Below the pieces are notes generated by a model, which searched no databases, had not been told where the DNA came from, and saw only the letters and a program-made list of their open reading frames with translations. From contig JBILAR010000002.1 of assembly GCA_044354115.1 (NCBI GenBank), positions 34,088-98,087 of the forward strand: a DNA stretch of 64,000 nt. Direction: 5' to 3'. Each line of letters opens with the position of its first letter. Positions within the stretch are counted from its first letter, which is position 1. Below are positions 19,390 to 28,957 of the stretch, piece by piece. The DNA comes from Pseudomonas sp. (GTDB taxonomy: Bacteria; Pseudomonadota; Gammaproteobacteria; Pseudomonadales; Pseudomonadaceae). The translations under genes and the position numbers were made by a program.

Positions 19390-21792
19390 ATGTCCAAGCC
19401 ATTCGATCTACCCATCAGCGGTATGACCTGCGCCAGTTGCGCCGGGCGCATTGAGCGTGCCTTGGCGCAGGTTCCTGGCGTACAGAGCGCCAGCGTCAAT
19501 CTGCTGGCCGAGCGCGCACAGGTACAGGGTGAGGTGGAATTGCCGGCATTAATCGACGCCGTAGTGGCGGCCGGTTACGCCGTGCCACAGCACAGCTTAG
19601 AGTTACGCATCAGCGGCATGACCTGCGCCAGTTGCGCCGGCCGTGTCGAGCGCGCCCTGAGCAAGGTCGCCGGTGTGCTCAGCGCCAGCGTTAACCTCGC
19701 CACCGAGCGGGCGCACATACAGGTACTCGGCACAGCCGACAGCGGTCAGTTAATCGCCGCCGTCAGCGCCGCCGGCTATCAAGCGGCCCTGATCGACGAC
19801 GCTCACGTACCACTCAACGATGACCAGCGTGCCTTGCAGCGCGAGCGCATCAGCCTGCTGCTGGCCATCGCCCTGGCCCTGCCCCTGCTGCTGCCGATGC
19901 TGCTGCAACCCTTGGGCGTGCATTGGATGCTGCCGGCTTGGCTGCAATTTGCGCTGGCCACCCCGGTGCAATTTATTCTCGGCGCGCGCTTTTACCGGGC
20001 CGGCTATCGCGCCCTGCGCGCAGGCAGCGCCAATATGGATTTGCTGGTAGCGCTGGGCACCAGCGCCGGTTATGGCCTGAGCCTGTATATGTGGTGGCGC
20101 ACACCGACTGGGGCAATGCCGCATCTGTATTTTGAAGCCTCGGCAGTGGTAATCGCCTTGGTGCTGCTGGGCAAATACCTCGAAAGCCGCGCCAAACGAC
20201 AAACCTCCAGCGCCCTACGCGCCCTCGAAGCACTGCGTCCAGAGTTTGCCACCCGCTTACACGACGGCCTTGAGCAGCAAGTGGCGATTGCCGAGTTGCA
20301 ATTGGAGCAATTAATTGTGGTCAAACCCGGCGAAAGTTTCCCGGTCGACGGCCTGATTATCGAAGGCAGCAGCCATGCCGATGAAGCCCTACTCACGGGC
20401 GAAAGCCTGCCGGTAGCCAAGCAACCCGGCGATACCGTGAGCACCGGCGCCATCAATGGCGAGGGGCGTTTAGTGCTGCGCATCCAAGCACTCGGCGGCG
20501 CCACCCAGTTGGCGAAAATTATTCAGTTGATGGAAAGCGCCCAAGCCGGCAAAGCACCGATCCAAAAACTGGTCGACCGAGTGAGCCAAGTGTTTGTGCC
20601 GGCGGTACTGGGCATCGCCCTGCTCACCCTGCTCGGCTGGCTAGCCTACGGCGCCGGGCTAGAAGTGGCGCTGCTCAATGCGGTGTCGGTGCTGGTGATC
20701 GCCTGCCCATGTGCGCTGGGCTTGGCCACCCCCACGGCGATTATGGTTGGCACCGGAGTGGCCGCCCGCCACGGGATTTTAATCAAAGATGCCCAAGCCT
20801 TAGAGATCGCCCATAACGTGCGCCATGTGGTGTTCGACAAAACCGGCACCCTAACCTCCGGCGAGCCACAGGTGGTGCATCTGCAGGCCCTCGACGGTGA
20901 CGAGAGCCGCCTGCTGCAACTGGCCGGCAGCCTGCAACAAGGCAGTGAGCATCCACTGGCCAAAGCCGTGCTGGCCGCCTGCCGCGCACAAAGCATCAGC
21001 CTCAGCGCTATCAGCGACAGCCAAGCCCTGCCGGGTAAAGGCACCCAAGCGCAACTGCAACAGCGCTTGCTGGCCCTCGGCAACCAACGCCTGCTGGCCG
21101 AGCAGGGTCTGGCACCGGGACTACTGGCCGCCAACGCGGCTGTCTGGGAAACCGAGGGACGCAGTTTGGCCTGGTTAGTGGAGTTAGCGCCGCAGCCACA
21201 GGTGCTCGGGTTACTGGCCTTTGGCGACCACCTGAAACCCGGCGTTAAGGCCGCCATCCAGCAATTGCAAAAGCTGGAGATTAGCTGTCACCTGCTGAGT
21301 GGCGACAACCTGGGCAGCGTCAACGCGGTGGCCGATGCGCTGCACATTGCTGATCGCCAAGCCAACGTTTTGCCGGCCGACAAGCTGGCGCGCATCCACG
21401 CCCTCAAGCAGCAAGCCGCCGCGCAACACGGCCGGGTGGCGATGGTCGGCGATGGCATTAACGACGCCCCGGCCTTGGCCGCCGCCGACATCGGCATCGC
21501 CATGGGCGGTGGCACCGATGTGGCCATGCACGCTGCCGGCATCACCTTGCTGCGCGGTGACCCACGCTTGGTGCCGGCAGCGCTGGAGATTTGCCGGCGC
21601 ACCTACCAGAAGATCCAGCAAAACCTGTTCTGGGCCTTTATCTACAACCTGATCGGCCTGCCACTGGCCGCGTTCGGTTTACTCAACCCGGTGTTGGCGG
21701 GCGCGGCCATGGCCCTGTCCAGCGTCAGCGTGGTCGCCAATGCGCTGCTGCTTAAACGCTGGCGGGCGAAGCTATCCGAGGAGCAAGCATGA
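19390..21792 (+). CDS. copA: copper-translocating P1B-type ATPase
   Basis: Two N-terminal HMA domains (GMTCASCAGR twice), plus CPC (ACPCALGLATP), DKTGT, and GDGINDAP motifs. Confidence 0.95.
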   Translation: MSKPFDLPISGMTCASCAGRIERALAQVPGVQSASVNLLAERAQVQGEVELPALIDAVVAAGYAVPQHSLELRISGMTCASCAGRVERALSKVAGVLSASVNLATERAHIQVLGTADSGQLIAAVSAAGYQAALIDDAHVPLNDDQRALQRERISLLLAIALALPLLLPMLLQPLGVHWMLPAWLQFALATPVQFILGARFYRAGYRALRAGSANMDLLVALGTSAGYGLSLYMWWRTPTGAMPHLYFEASAVVIALVLLGKYLESRAKRQTSSALRALEALRPEFATRLHDGLEQQVAIAELQLEQLIVVKPGESFPVDGLIIEGSSHADEALLTGESLPVAKQPGDTVSTGAINGEGRLVLRIQALGGATQLAKIIQLMESAQAGKAPIQKLVDRVSQVFVPAVLGIALLTLLGWLAYGAGLEVALLNAVSVLVIACPCALGLATPTAIMVGTGVAARHGILIKDAQALEIAHNVRHVVFDKTGTLTSGEPQVVHLQALDGDESRLLQLAGSLQQGSEHPLAKAVLAACRAQSISLSAISDSQALPGKGTQAQLQQRLLALGNQRLLAEQGLAPGLLAANAAVWETEGRSLAWLVELAPQPQVLGLLAFGDHLKPGVKAAIQQLQKLEISCHLLSGDNLGSVNAVADALHIADRQANVLPADKLARIHALKQQAAAQHGRVAMVGDGINDAPALAAADIGIAMGGGTDVAMHAAGITLLRGDPRLVPAALEICRRTYQKIQQNLFWAFIYNLIGLPLAAFGLLNPVLAGAAMALSSVSVVANALLLKRWRAKLSEEQA

Positions 21793-22193
21793 ATATCGGC
21801 GCAGCCGCCAAGGCCAGCGGTTTATCGGCAAAGATGATTCGCTACTACGAGTCGATTGGCTTACTGCCCGCAGCAGGGCGTAACGCCAACGGCTACCGGC
21901 ATTACAGCGCGGCCGAGTTACAGCAACTGAGTTTTATCAAGCGCGCCCGCTTGCTCGGTTTCACCTTAGATGAAGTCGGCCAACTGCTGGCCCTATGGCA
22001 AAACGGCCAACGCGCCAGCAGCGACGTGAAAGCCTTGGCGGCCGGGCATATTAACGAGTTGAATAACAAGATTGCCGAGCTGATCGGCCTACGCGACAGC
22101 CTGCAAGAACTGGTGCACAACTGCCACGGCGACGATCGGCCGGATTGCCCGATCATCAAGGAACTGGAGTCGGGTTGTGGCCGGGCTTTGTAG
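21789..22193 (+). CDS. cueR: Cu(I)-responsive MerR-family regulator
   Basis: MNIGAAAKASGLSAKMIRYYESIGLL HTH and the C-terminal metal loop CHGDDRPDCPII. Its ATG overlaps the copA TGA (ATGA at 21789-21792). Confidence 0.9.
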   Translation: MNIGAAAKASGLSAKMIRYYESIGLLPAAGRNANGYRHYSAAELQQLSFIKRARLLGFTLDEVGQLLALWQNGQRASSDVKALAAGHINELNNKIAELIGLRDSLQELVHNCHGDDRPDCPIIKELESGCGRAL

Positions 22194-22595
22194 TGAATGG
22201 CATGAAAACATATGTAGTGGAGGGCAGTTATCGGCCAAATGCAGCCATTGGTCATCAATAAAATTAGGTCCTATTCATAACTGCAACCAGAGGGTTTGGA
22301 AACCTGCAGGCTTTGGGCCTTGGTCGAAGGGAGGTGCTCTTGGTACGGCAAGCAGGCCTTCTTAATAATCACTAGGACACTGCAGAACGAAAGTGGTAGT
22401 CATGCCACACAGGCAGCCGATCCACGGCTAAAAGGCAGTACTGACGAGCTTTGCTCTCAACTACGCAGACCGATTTCCACAACTTCCTCCCCCCAAATCC
22501 AGGCTCACAAAATCCCGAGCTCTCTCACATAGCACTTTACATGTATGCGTCATGCATATAGATTAATTCCACCTCAAATACTTCGGACGTTAGAA

Positions 22596-23969
22596 ATGAC
22601 AACGTACACGTTCAACCGAGACAAATTGCTGGAGATGACTAACCGTGAGATGGCCACGTTCCGCCAAAGGACTATGGGCTCTGCGGCGCTAGTAGCCCGT
22701 GGCAAAAAATCCATGCCCAAGGGCGTGCCAATGTCATGGATGTTCGGACTCAACTTTCATCCAACGATTTATGTAGACCACGGCAAGGGACCGGAAATTT
22801 TCGACGCGGACAACAACCGTTATCTCGACTTCAACGTAGTAGACCTCGCTGTGACGATGGGATTTGACAACCCTCACATCCGTGATGCCATGCATAAGGC
22901 CATGGAAGTAGGTCCGCACTTTCTTTTGCCGGTTAGGGAAGCCATCGATGTTACCGAGGAGCTTGCCCGAAGGACTGGAGTGCCATTTTGGCAATTCACG
23001 ATGACAGCGAGCGGTGCTAACACTGAGGTCATTCGTATTGCCCGAGCCATCACTAAGCGCACCAAGGTCTTGGTTTTTGAAGGCCATTACCATGGCCACC
23101 TTGATGACACCATGATGGAAAACTCCGAGAGCGGGGTAAGGCCTTATGTTCTGGGGCTTCCACGGGGCGTTGAGAAGGGCGTAGAAATCGTGCCATTCAA
23201 CGACCTGGAAGCAGTGGAGGCTGTTCTCAAAAAAGGTGAAGTTGCGTTAATTCTCACCGAGCCAGCAATGAGCAACTGCACCTTGGTGATGCCCGAGCCA
23301 GGATTCATCCAATCGCTTTATGAGCTCGCCCACCGATATGGCACCCTCTTGTGCCTGGATGAGGCACATGACTTTTCATTCGCTTATGGCGGCCTTACAG
23401 GCGCCTGGAATCTGCCATGCGACTTCATGGTTTTGGGCAAGGGCCTTGGGACCGGTATCCCCTTTGCGCTGTATGGCATGAGCGACGCAGTGAATGAGTT
23501 TGTTGATGCTCATACGCAAGTTGACCTTGGCGTACCGGGCATTGCGGCAGGCGGGACGACCTATGCCAATACACTGTCCGTCTTTGCTGCCAAAGCGGCC
23601 CTGGAGAAAGTCCTTACCCCGGAAAACTACATGCGCACTGAAGCGCTAGGTCGTCGCTTTGCCACTGGTTTGCAGAGCATTTTTGATGAGCTCAATCTGC
23701 CTTGGCTGGCACAACATCTGGGTCCGCGGGTTGGTTACTGCCTATCACAGACGTTGCCGAAAAATGGCAAGGAAGCCTACAAGTCCATCGATGTGGAGTG
23801 GATTACATTGAGAAAGCTATTTATGGCCAACAGAGGCATTTGGGACTCAGTGGCTACGGCAGGTCCACAGGTGTCATTTGCGCACACTCAAGCACATATC
23901 GACGAGTACCTCACCACGGCGCGTTCTTTATTGCGTGAGCTTTGCTCAACCAACTCAGAGGCTAAATAG
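22596..23969 (+). CDS. class III (GSA-aminomutase-like) PLP aminotransferase
   Basis: Track ORF 22545..23969 contains FDADNNRYLDF..., SGANTEVIRIARAITKRTKVLVFEGHYHGH, and LCLDEAHDF. The start is uncertain: ATG 22596 (MTTYTFNRDK) is preferred because ATG 22545 sits in a short dyad TATGC-N5-GCATA. Low-G+C island gene. Confidence 0.8.
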   Translation: MTTYTFNRDKLLEMTNREMATFRQRTMGSAALVARGKKSMPKGVPMSWMFGLNFHPTIYVDHGKGPEIFDADNNRYLDFNVVDLAVTMGFDNPHIRDAMHKAMEVGPHFLLPVREAIDVTEELARRTGVPFWQFTMTASGANTEVIRIARAITKRTKVLVFEGHYHGHLDDTMMENSESGVRPYVLGLPRGVEKGVEIVPFNDLEAVEAVLKKGEVALILTEPAMSNCTLVMPEPGFIQSLYELAHRYGTLLCLDEAHDFSFAYGGLTGAWNLPCDFMVLGKGLGTGIPFALYGMSDAVNEFVDAHTQVDLGVPGIAAGGTTYANTLSVFAAKAALEKVLTPENYMRTEALGRRFATGLQSIFDELNLPWLAQHLGPRVGYCLSQTLPKNGKEAYKSIDVEWITLRKLFMANRGIWDSVATAGPQVSFAHTQAHIDEYLTTARSLLRELCSTNSEAK

Positions 23970-25397
23970 ATGACAAACCATCAAAAGTTTTATATCGACG
24001 GCGTGTGGATAAATCCGGTGACGCCAGCCACGCTGCCAGTGGTCAACCCTGCCACCGAAGAAGCCTACACCATGATTTCTGTAGGCAGTGGCGCCGATGT
24101 TGAGCGCGCAGTCGCAGCAGCTAAAGCGGCATTTCCAAGCTTCTCAATGACGAGCAAGGCAGAAAGGCTGGCCCTCTTGCGGCGCATTCTCCAGATCTAC
24201 AACGAGCGCTCCGAAGATATTGCGCGCGCAGTCTCAGACGAGATGGGTGCCCCGATTGCATGGGCACGCGATGCCCAGACGTGGGCGGGCCGCGCCCATT
24301 TAGAAGCCACGATTACAGCTTTGGAGAGTTACGAGTTCGAAGAACATCGTGATGCAGCCCGCATCGTCAAGGAAGGGATTGGCGTTGTCGCGCTGATTAC
24401 CCCCTGGAACTGGCCTCTTAACCAGATAGTGACAAAAGTGGCACCAGCGATTGCTGCCGGATGCACGGTAGTCTTGAAACCCAGTGAAATTGCTCCAATT
24501 AGTGCCATCGTATTCTCGGAAATCATGGATGCAGCCGGAACCCCGCCCGGCGTTTACAACATGGTCAATGGTGATGGCCCAAATGTCGGTCAGGTCATGG
24601 CGGGACACTGCGACGTAGACATGGTGTCGTTCACTGGCTCGACCCGTGCAGGCATCATTGTGGCCAAGACAGCTGCCGATACGGTGAAAAGAGTAACCCT
24701 TGAGCTTGGCGGCAAATCGGCAAACATCATCCTCGAAGACGCCGACTTGGAAGACGCTGTACGTAAGGGCGTAGAAGCATGCTTTGCTAACACAGGCCAG
24801 TCCTGCGATGCGCCAACTCGTATGCTGGTACCACGTGCTCGTCATGAAGAAGCCTTGCGCATTGCCCGAGAGACGGCGCTCACGCAGAAAGTAGGCGCCC
24901 CGAATGCAGTTGATACCGTTCTAGGGCCGGTGGTTAGCGAGCTTCAATTCAACAAAATTCAGCAATTAATCGAATGCGGAATTCAAGATGGGGCCGTGTT
25001 GGTATGTGGCGGTCCTGGCCGACCAGAGGGGCTGCAAAAAGGCTACTACGTTCGCCCAACCGTTTTTGGCAACGTCACGCCACAGATGACCATTGCACGT
25101 GAAGAGATATTTGGCCCTGTGCTCTCGATTATGCCGTATGACGACGAAGCCCATGCAATTCGCATCGCCAACGATACCGTGTACGGCTTAGCAGCCTACG
25201 TCCAGTCTAATAACCTTGAGAACGCACGCAATGTTGCGCGTCAGCTTAGGGCTGGCCAAGTGACAATCAATTATGCGGAGTGGAATACGCAAGTTCCGTT
25301 CGGTGGTTACAAGCAATCTGGAAATGGGCGTGAATATTCTGAATGGGGAATCCATGAATTCCTGGAAGTGAAGGCTATAGTCGGCTACGGCGAGTAA
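23970..25397 (+). CDS. NAD(P)-dependent aldehyde dehydrogenase
   Basis: 475 aa. ITPWNWPL, VVLKPSE, FTGSTRAG, ELGGKS, and the catalytic-Cys region NTGQSCDAP. Its ATG directly abuts the aminotransferase stop (TAG 23967-23969). Confidence 0.95.
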   Translation: MTNHQKFYIDGVWINPVTPATLPVVNPATEEAYTMISVGSGADVERAVAAAKAAFPSFSMTSKAERLALLRRILQIYNERSEDIARAVSDEMGAPIAWARDAQTWAGRAHLEATITALESYEFEEHRDAARIVKEGIGVVALITPWNWPLNQIVTKVAPAIAAGCTVVLKPSEIAPISAIVFSEIMDAAGTPPGVYNMVNGDGPNVGQVMAGHCDVDMVSFTGSTRAGIIVAKTAADTVKRVTLELGGKSANIILEDADLEDAVRKGVEACFANTGQSCDAPTRMLVPRARHEEALRIARETALTQKVGAPNAVDTVLGPVVSELQFNKIQQLIECGIQDGAVLVCGGPGRPEGLQKGYYVRPTVFGNVTPQMTIAREEIFGPVLSIMPYDDEAHAIRIANDTVYGLAAYVQSNNLENARNVARQLRAGQVTINYAEWNTQVPFGGYKQSGNGREYSEWGIHEFLEVKAIVGYGE

Positions 25398-25426
25398 TAA
25401 TCTGCACGTAATCAAAAATAAGCCTC

Positions 25427-25455
25427 GGCCCAGCGCACTTACAGTGCGCTGGGCC
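25427..25455 (+). terminator. hairpin terminator after the aminotransferase-ALDH pair
   Basis: A perfect 12-bp stem GGCCCAGCGCAC / GTGCGCTGGGCC with a 5-nt loop, followed by TCATTGATTTCTC. Confidence 0.6.
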
Positions 25456-25495
25456 TCATTGATTTCTCATACACCTAATTACGATCCAGGTATTA

Positions 25496-26632
25496 ATGAT
25501 GCTCTATCCAAACCTTTTGTCCTCAACCATTATCGGCGATCTAAAACTTTCGAATAGAGTCATCATGGCCCCACTGACCCGAATGCGTGCTGGGCCTGGA
25601 AATGCGCCGACCAAACTTAATTCTGAGTACTATGGCCAAAGGGCGAGTGCGGGATTAATCATTACCGAAGCCACTCAGATCTCCCAGCAAGGTCAAGGTT
25701 ACCTTGATACGCCAGGCATTTACACGGATGAGCAAGAAGCTGGATGGAAGCATGTTGTTGAGCGCGTTCACTCAAGAAGTGGATTAATAGCATTACAGCT
25801 CTGGCATGTAGGTAGAATTTCTCACAGCAAGCTGCAACCAAACAATGCACTTCCCGTCGCCCCTTCAGCAATTCCTGCCCCAGCGGCTACCGCAAGAATC
25901 CCTCATGAAGATGGATTTCTCCGCGTATTGTGCGATGGCCCGAGGGCGCTTGAGTTGGAAGAGATTCTTGGAATTGTTAACGACTACAGGAATTCCGCCA
26001 TAAGAGCTAAGCGTGCTGGCTTTGATGCTATTGAAGTTCACGCAGCAAATGGCTATCTGCTCAATCAATTCTTATCTACAAATACCAATCAGCGAACCGA
26101 CAGTTACGGAGGGTGCCTGGAAAATCGTGCGCGCATTGTTCTGGACGTTGTAGATGCTGTAGTTTCCGTGTTCGGTGCTGGTCGCGTTGGTGTGCGGTTA
26201 TCCCCAAACGGAATCTTTAATGACATTGAAGATACTGATGCAGAAGAGATGACAAGCTACTTGGCGCGTGGTTTTAGCGAGCGCGGATTGGCTTACCTTC
26301 ATATTGCAGAGCCAGACTGGGCAGGTGGCGCACCACTGTCCGATGAATTTCGGAAATCAATCCGAGACAACTTTAAGGGTGCGCTTATATTTTGCAGTAA
26401 TTATACTGCGGCCAAAGCCGAGAAAATAATCTCGTCGAATATTGCTGACGCGGTTGCGTTCGGTAGAGCATTTCTTGCCAATCCTGACTTGCCAGAGCGC
26501 TTCAGAGTCAACTCACCACTGAATGAGGCAGACAGCAAGACTTTTTATTGCGGCGCCGAGATTGGTTATACCGACTACCCAGCACTCACTAAAGACAAAG
26601 GCAATTCCGAACTGGAGCATAAAAATTCATGA
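25496..26632 (+). CDS. Old Yellow Enzyme family alkene reductase (NemA / N-ethylmaleimide reductase-like)
   Basis: LSNRVIMAPLTRMRA, GLIITEATQIS..GQGY, LQLWHVGR, GFDAIEVHAANGYLLNQFL, and NQRTDSYGG. Confidence 0.9.
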   Translation: MMLYPNLLSSTIIGDLKLSNRVIMAPLTRMRAGPGNAPTKLNSEYYGQRASAGLIITEATQISQQGQGYLDTPGIYTDEQEAGWKHVVERVHSRSGLIALQLWHVGRISHSKLQPNNALPVAPSAIPAPAATARIPHEDGFLRVLCDGPRALELEEILGIVNDYRNSAIRAKRAGFDAIEVHAANGYLLNQFLSTNTNQRTDSYGGCLENRARIVLDVVDAVVSVFGAGRVGVRLSPNGIFNDIEDTDAEEMTSYLARGFSERGLAYLHIAEPDWAGGAPLSDEFRKSIRDNFKGALIFCSNYTAAKAEKIISSNIADAVAFGRAFLANPDLPERFRVNSPLNEADSKTFYCGAEIGYTDYPALTKDKGNSELEHKNS

Positions 26633-27162
26633 CGCTGACGCCTGACAAGGTAAATCAGATAGCTGCATTTGCGCGCAAGTTGGATAGCTGCGTTAACTCG
26701 GAGTTACGCAAAAAATTTGACCGGCCAATGTCTGATCTAACGGCACTTATTTCAATAAGAAATTGCAACTCTTTTAATATTGGCTGGCTATCCAATGTTT
26801 TGGAACTCAGTCATTCCGCTGCGGTTAGGGTGGTGGATCGCCTTGAGGGCGATGGGCTACTAGAGCGACAGGCAAAGGATAACAAGAAACAAGTTGGCTT
26901 GCATATTAGCCAGAAAGGGATTTTTTTGTCTGATGAGATATTGTCATTGCGGGGTAGTATCGTTGCGAAATTATTGTCTCCATTAGAGAGTCAGCAGTTA
27001 GATGGTTTAGCCGACTGCGCACGTACGGTAATTGCGGCAAATGTTGATCAAGAGCTTGATGCCTACAAAACTTGCGCACTTTGCGACGAGGAAGGTTGCG
27101 GAATTAATTGCCCAACTGCAGCTGTGGTTAGCTGCTTGCCAAAAGAAAAACGCCGCTCGTGA
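26629..27162 (+). CDS. MarR-family regulator with a Cys-rich C-terminal tail
   Basis: Winged-helix region (NIGWLSNVLELSHSAAVRVVDRLEGDGLLERQ) and the tail CALCDEEGCGINCPTAAVVSC. Its ATG overlaps the OYE TGA (ATGA at 26629-26632). Confidence 0.75.
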   Translation: MTLTPDKVNQIAAFARKLDSCVNSELRKKFDRPMSDLTALISIRNCNSFNIGWLSNVLELSHSAAVRVVDRLEGDGLLERQAKDNKKQVGLHISQKGIFLSDEILSLRGSIVAKLLSPLESQQLDGLADCARTVIAANVDQELDAYKTCALCDEEGCGINCPTAAVVSCLPKEKRRS

Positions 27163-27172
27163 GGCACTTACC

Positions 27173-27215
27173 TAGATGAAGATCAATTGTATCAAATAAA
27201 ATTGATTTTCATCTA
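27173..27215. repeat. AT-rich 16-bp-arm inverted repeat just after the MarR stop
   Basis: TAGATGAAGATCAATT (27173-27188) / AATTGATTTTCATCTA (27200-27215). The arms pair 15/16 with an 11-nt loop. Confidence 0.6.
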
Positions 27216-27451
27216 AATCTTCAGATGCGACGACTTGAATTTTTTCGCACTGGAAAAATACTATAAAGCCTATCGCAGGACTTAACTTGCTATCAGCACC
27301 AGATTGCAGCATTTTATTTGATGACCAGTGTTATTAACAATCATCAAGATTTATTACATAAATAAGCAGTGACTTTAAATGCAGAGTCCTTTAACAGCGC
27401 AAGAAATTAACCTGTTAAATTCAACTTTATGATTACCAGAGCAGGGGGCAA

Positions 27452-27817
27452 ATGCACTTGCCATTTTTCCAAGTGGATGTCTTCGGGAGAACTCCATTTA
27501 AAGGAAATCCAGTTGCGGTTATCCTCGTTGGGGACAAGCTCACGAGTTCGCAGATGCTTGAAATAGCTAAGGTTGAGGTGCGCTCATTTGTGCCAGGCGA
27601 CGCCGTCCCAGAAGATCCGGTATGCGGCAGTGGTAATGGCTGCGTCGCCGCGATGCTTCAGCGCAGCGGCATAGCACCATCGCGATATAGTGCATCGCAA
27701 GGAAATAAAGTCGGGCGCGATGGCAGGATTGAAGTTGAGTTTAGTTCTGACGGTACGATATTGATCGGTGGAGTATCTGCAATTCGGGTGCAAGGTTCAA
27801 TTTCACTTACCCCATGA
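27452..27817 (+). pseudogene. PhzF-family gene remnant: in-frame internal deletion derivative of a paralogue of 30119..30973
   Basis: The 121-aa product joins the N-terminal ~40 aa (LPFFQVDVFG..PFKGNPVAVIL.GDKLTSSQMLEIA) directly to the C-terminal ~80 aa (VEVRSFVPGDAVPEDPVCGSGNGCVAAMLQRSG...GGVSAIRVQGSISLTP) of the intact copy. The junction is at 27570/27571. The missing part equals 30238-30726 (489 nt), which includes the NLSETTF segment. Confidence 0.8.
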
Positions 27818-27974
27818 CTCGGGTGGGCTAACTCGTGTCATATCCTGAATCTCCCCGACGTCATCGAGACAGTTAAGCGTCCGCAATGGATCGACAGCGG
27901 CTCATTGAGACCGGCTCAAACCGGCCAGAAGCGGTCATAGAGCGTCTACAAAATCAGGGCGTATTCATTTTGAG

Positions 27975-28865
27975 CTAACTCGACGTGTGCAATCCTGCAA
28001 TAACCTGAACAAGCCAATCTCTGGATGCACTGCCCGAAGCTCTTCTATGCCATCCCACAACCACATTGAAATTTAGGGAAGACATGTCTAAGTCAATCAC
28101 TTGGAAGCCACCGGTGGCAGCAATGGCCGAGGGTACAAAAGCCACCGTATCATTCACGTGCATAAACGCTTGCAGAGACGTGTAGCAGGGCAAAGTCGCA
28201 ATCACTGTGCGGCTGACATCCCGGGCACTAAGGAAATCATCAACTCGACTCCCCAGATTGCCTACTCCACTGGCGAAATCCACATGAGGATGTAAGGACA
28301 CATCTGCAAGCACCTGTATCTGCCGAGGCAGCAGCGAACCTTGCCGAGCGACGCAGCAGTAGTGGTCGCTTCTCAGTCTATTCCGCACTAATCCAGGATC
28401 AACGTAGTCAGAAAAACCAATCACTAGGTCAGCCTCTCCTTGCGCCAACGTCTTGACATGCTGATCGGGATTGAAGTCAATGACTTCAAGCTTCACCCCG
28501 GGTGCGCGTTCGCGCATGAGCAGCGAAAGCGATGGGATGATAGACAGTTGCGCATATTCATTTGCGATCACCCTGAATGCGTACTCACTCGTTGCTGGAT
28601 CGAATGGGAATGAATTGAAGATGCCGTCGATCTCTTCGACTATTTTCTCGAATTTAGCTGCGAGGTCGTACGCATAGTCGGTCGGCTGTAGGCCTGCGCT
28701 CTGGCGCAGGAACAGCTCATTGGGAAACACTTCACGCATGCGCTTGAGGTAGTTGCTAACCGCCTGTTGTGATATCTCAAGCCGCTCGGCAACGCGAGAA
28801 ACGTTTTTCTCGCGCACGAGATGCAGTAAAACCCGCATGTGCCTGATATCGATTTTCTCAATCAT
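27975..28865 (-). CDS. LysR-family transcriptional regulator
   Basis: HTH (MRVLLHLVREKNVSRVAERLEISQQAVSNYLKRMRE), 296 aa, divergent from the SDR gene. Confidence 0.9.
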   Translation of the reverse strand: MIEKIDIRHMRVLLHLVREKNVSRVAERLEISQQAVSNYLKRMREVFPNELFLRQSAGLQPTDYAYDLAAKFEKIVEEIDGIFNSFPFDPATSEYAFRVIANEYAQLSIIPSLSLLMRERAPGVKLEVIDFNPDQHVKTLAQGEADLVIGFSDYVDPGLVRNRLRSDHYCCVARQGSLLPRQIQVLADVSLHPHVDFASGVGNLGSRVDDFLSARDVSRTVIATLPCYTSLQAFMHVNDTVAFVPSAIAATGGFQVIDLDMSSLNFNVVVGWHRRASGSASRDWLVQVIAGLHTSS

Positions 28866-28870
28866 TTTGG

Positions 28871-28885
28871 TTGTATCTCATACAA
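28871..28885. promoter_or_regulatory. candidate LysR-type (T-N11-A) operator in the LysR/SDR divergent gap
   Basis: The dyad TTGTAT-ctc-ATACAA is at 28871-28885. A TTGTATCA half-site repeats at 28913-28920. Confidence 0.45.
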
Positions 28886-28957
28886 ATCGGCGGTGATTTT
28901 CATTGTATCAGTGAGCGCCTAGAGTATCGCCTCCTTAAGATTTAACGAGGCATTGCT

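Noticed and set aside
22194-22595. Left border of the low-G+C island, searched for an integrase or tRNA fragment, att-like repeats or an sRNA
   Set aside because: There is no GGTTCGAATCC-type tRNA 3' end, no ORF with recombinase-like translation in any frame I tried, and no repeat shared with the right border (30974-31190). Only a 5-bp dyad (TATGC-N5-GCATA) was seen.
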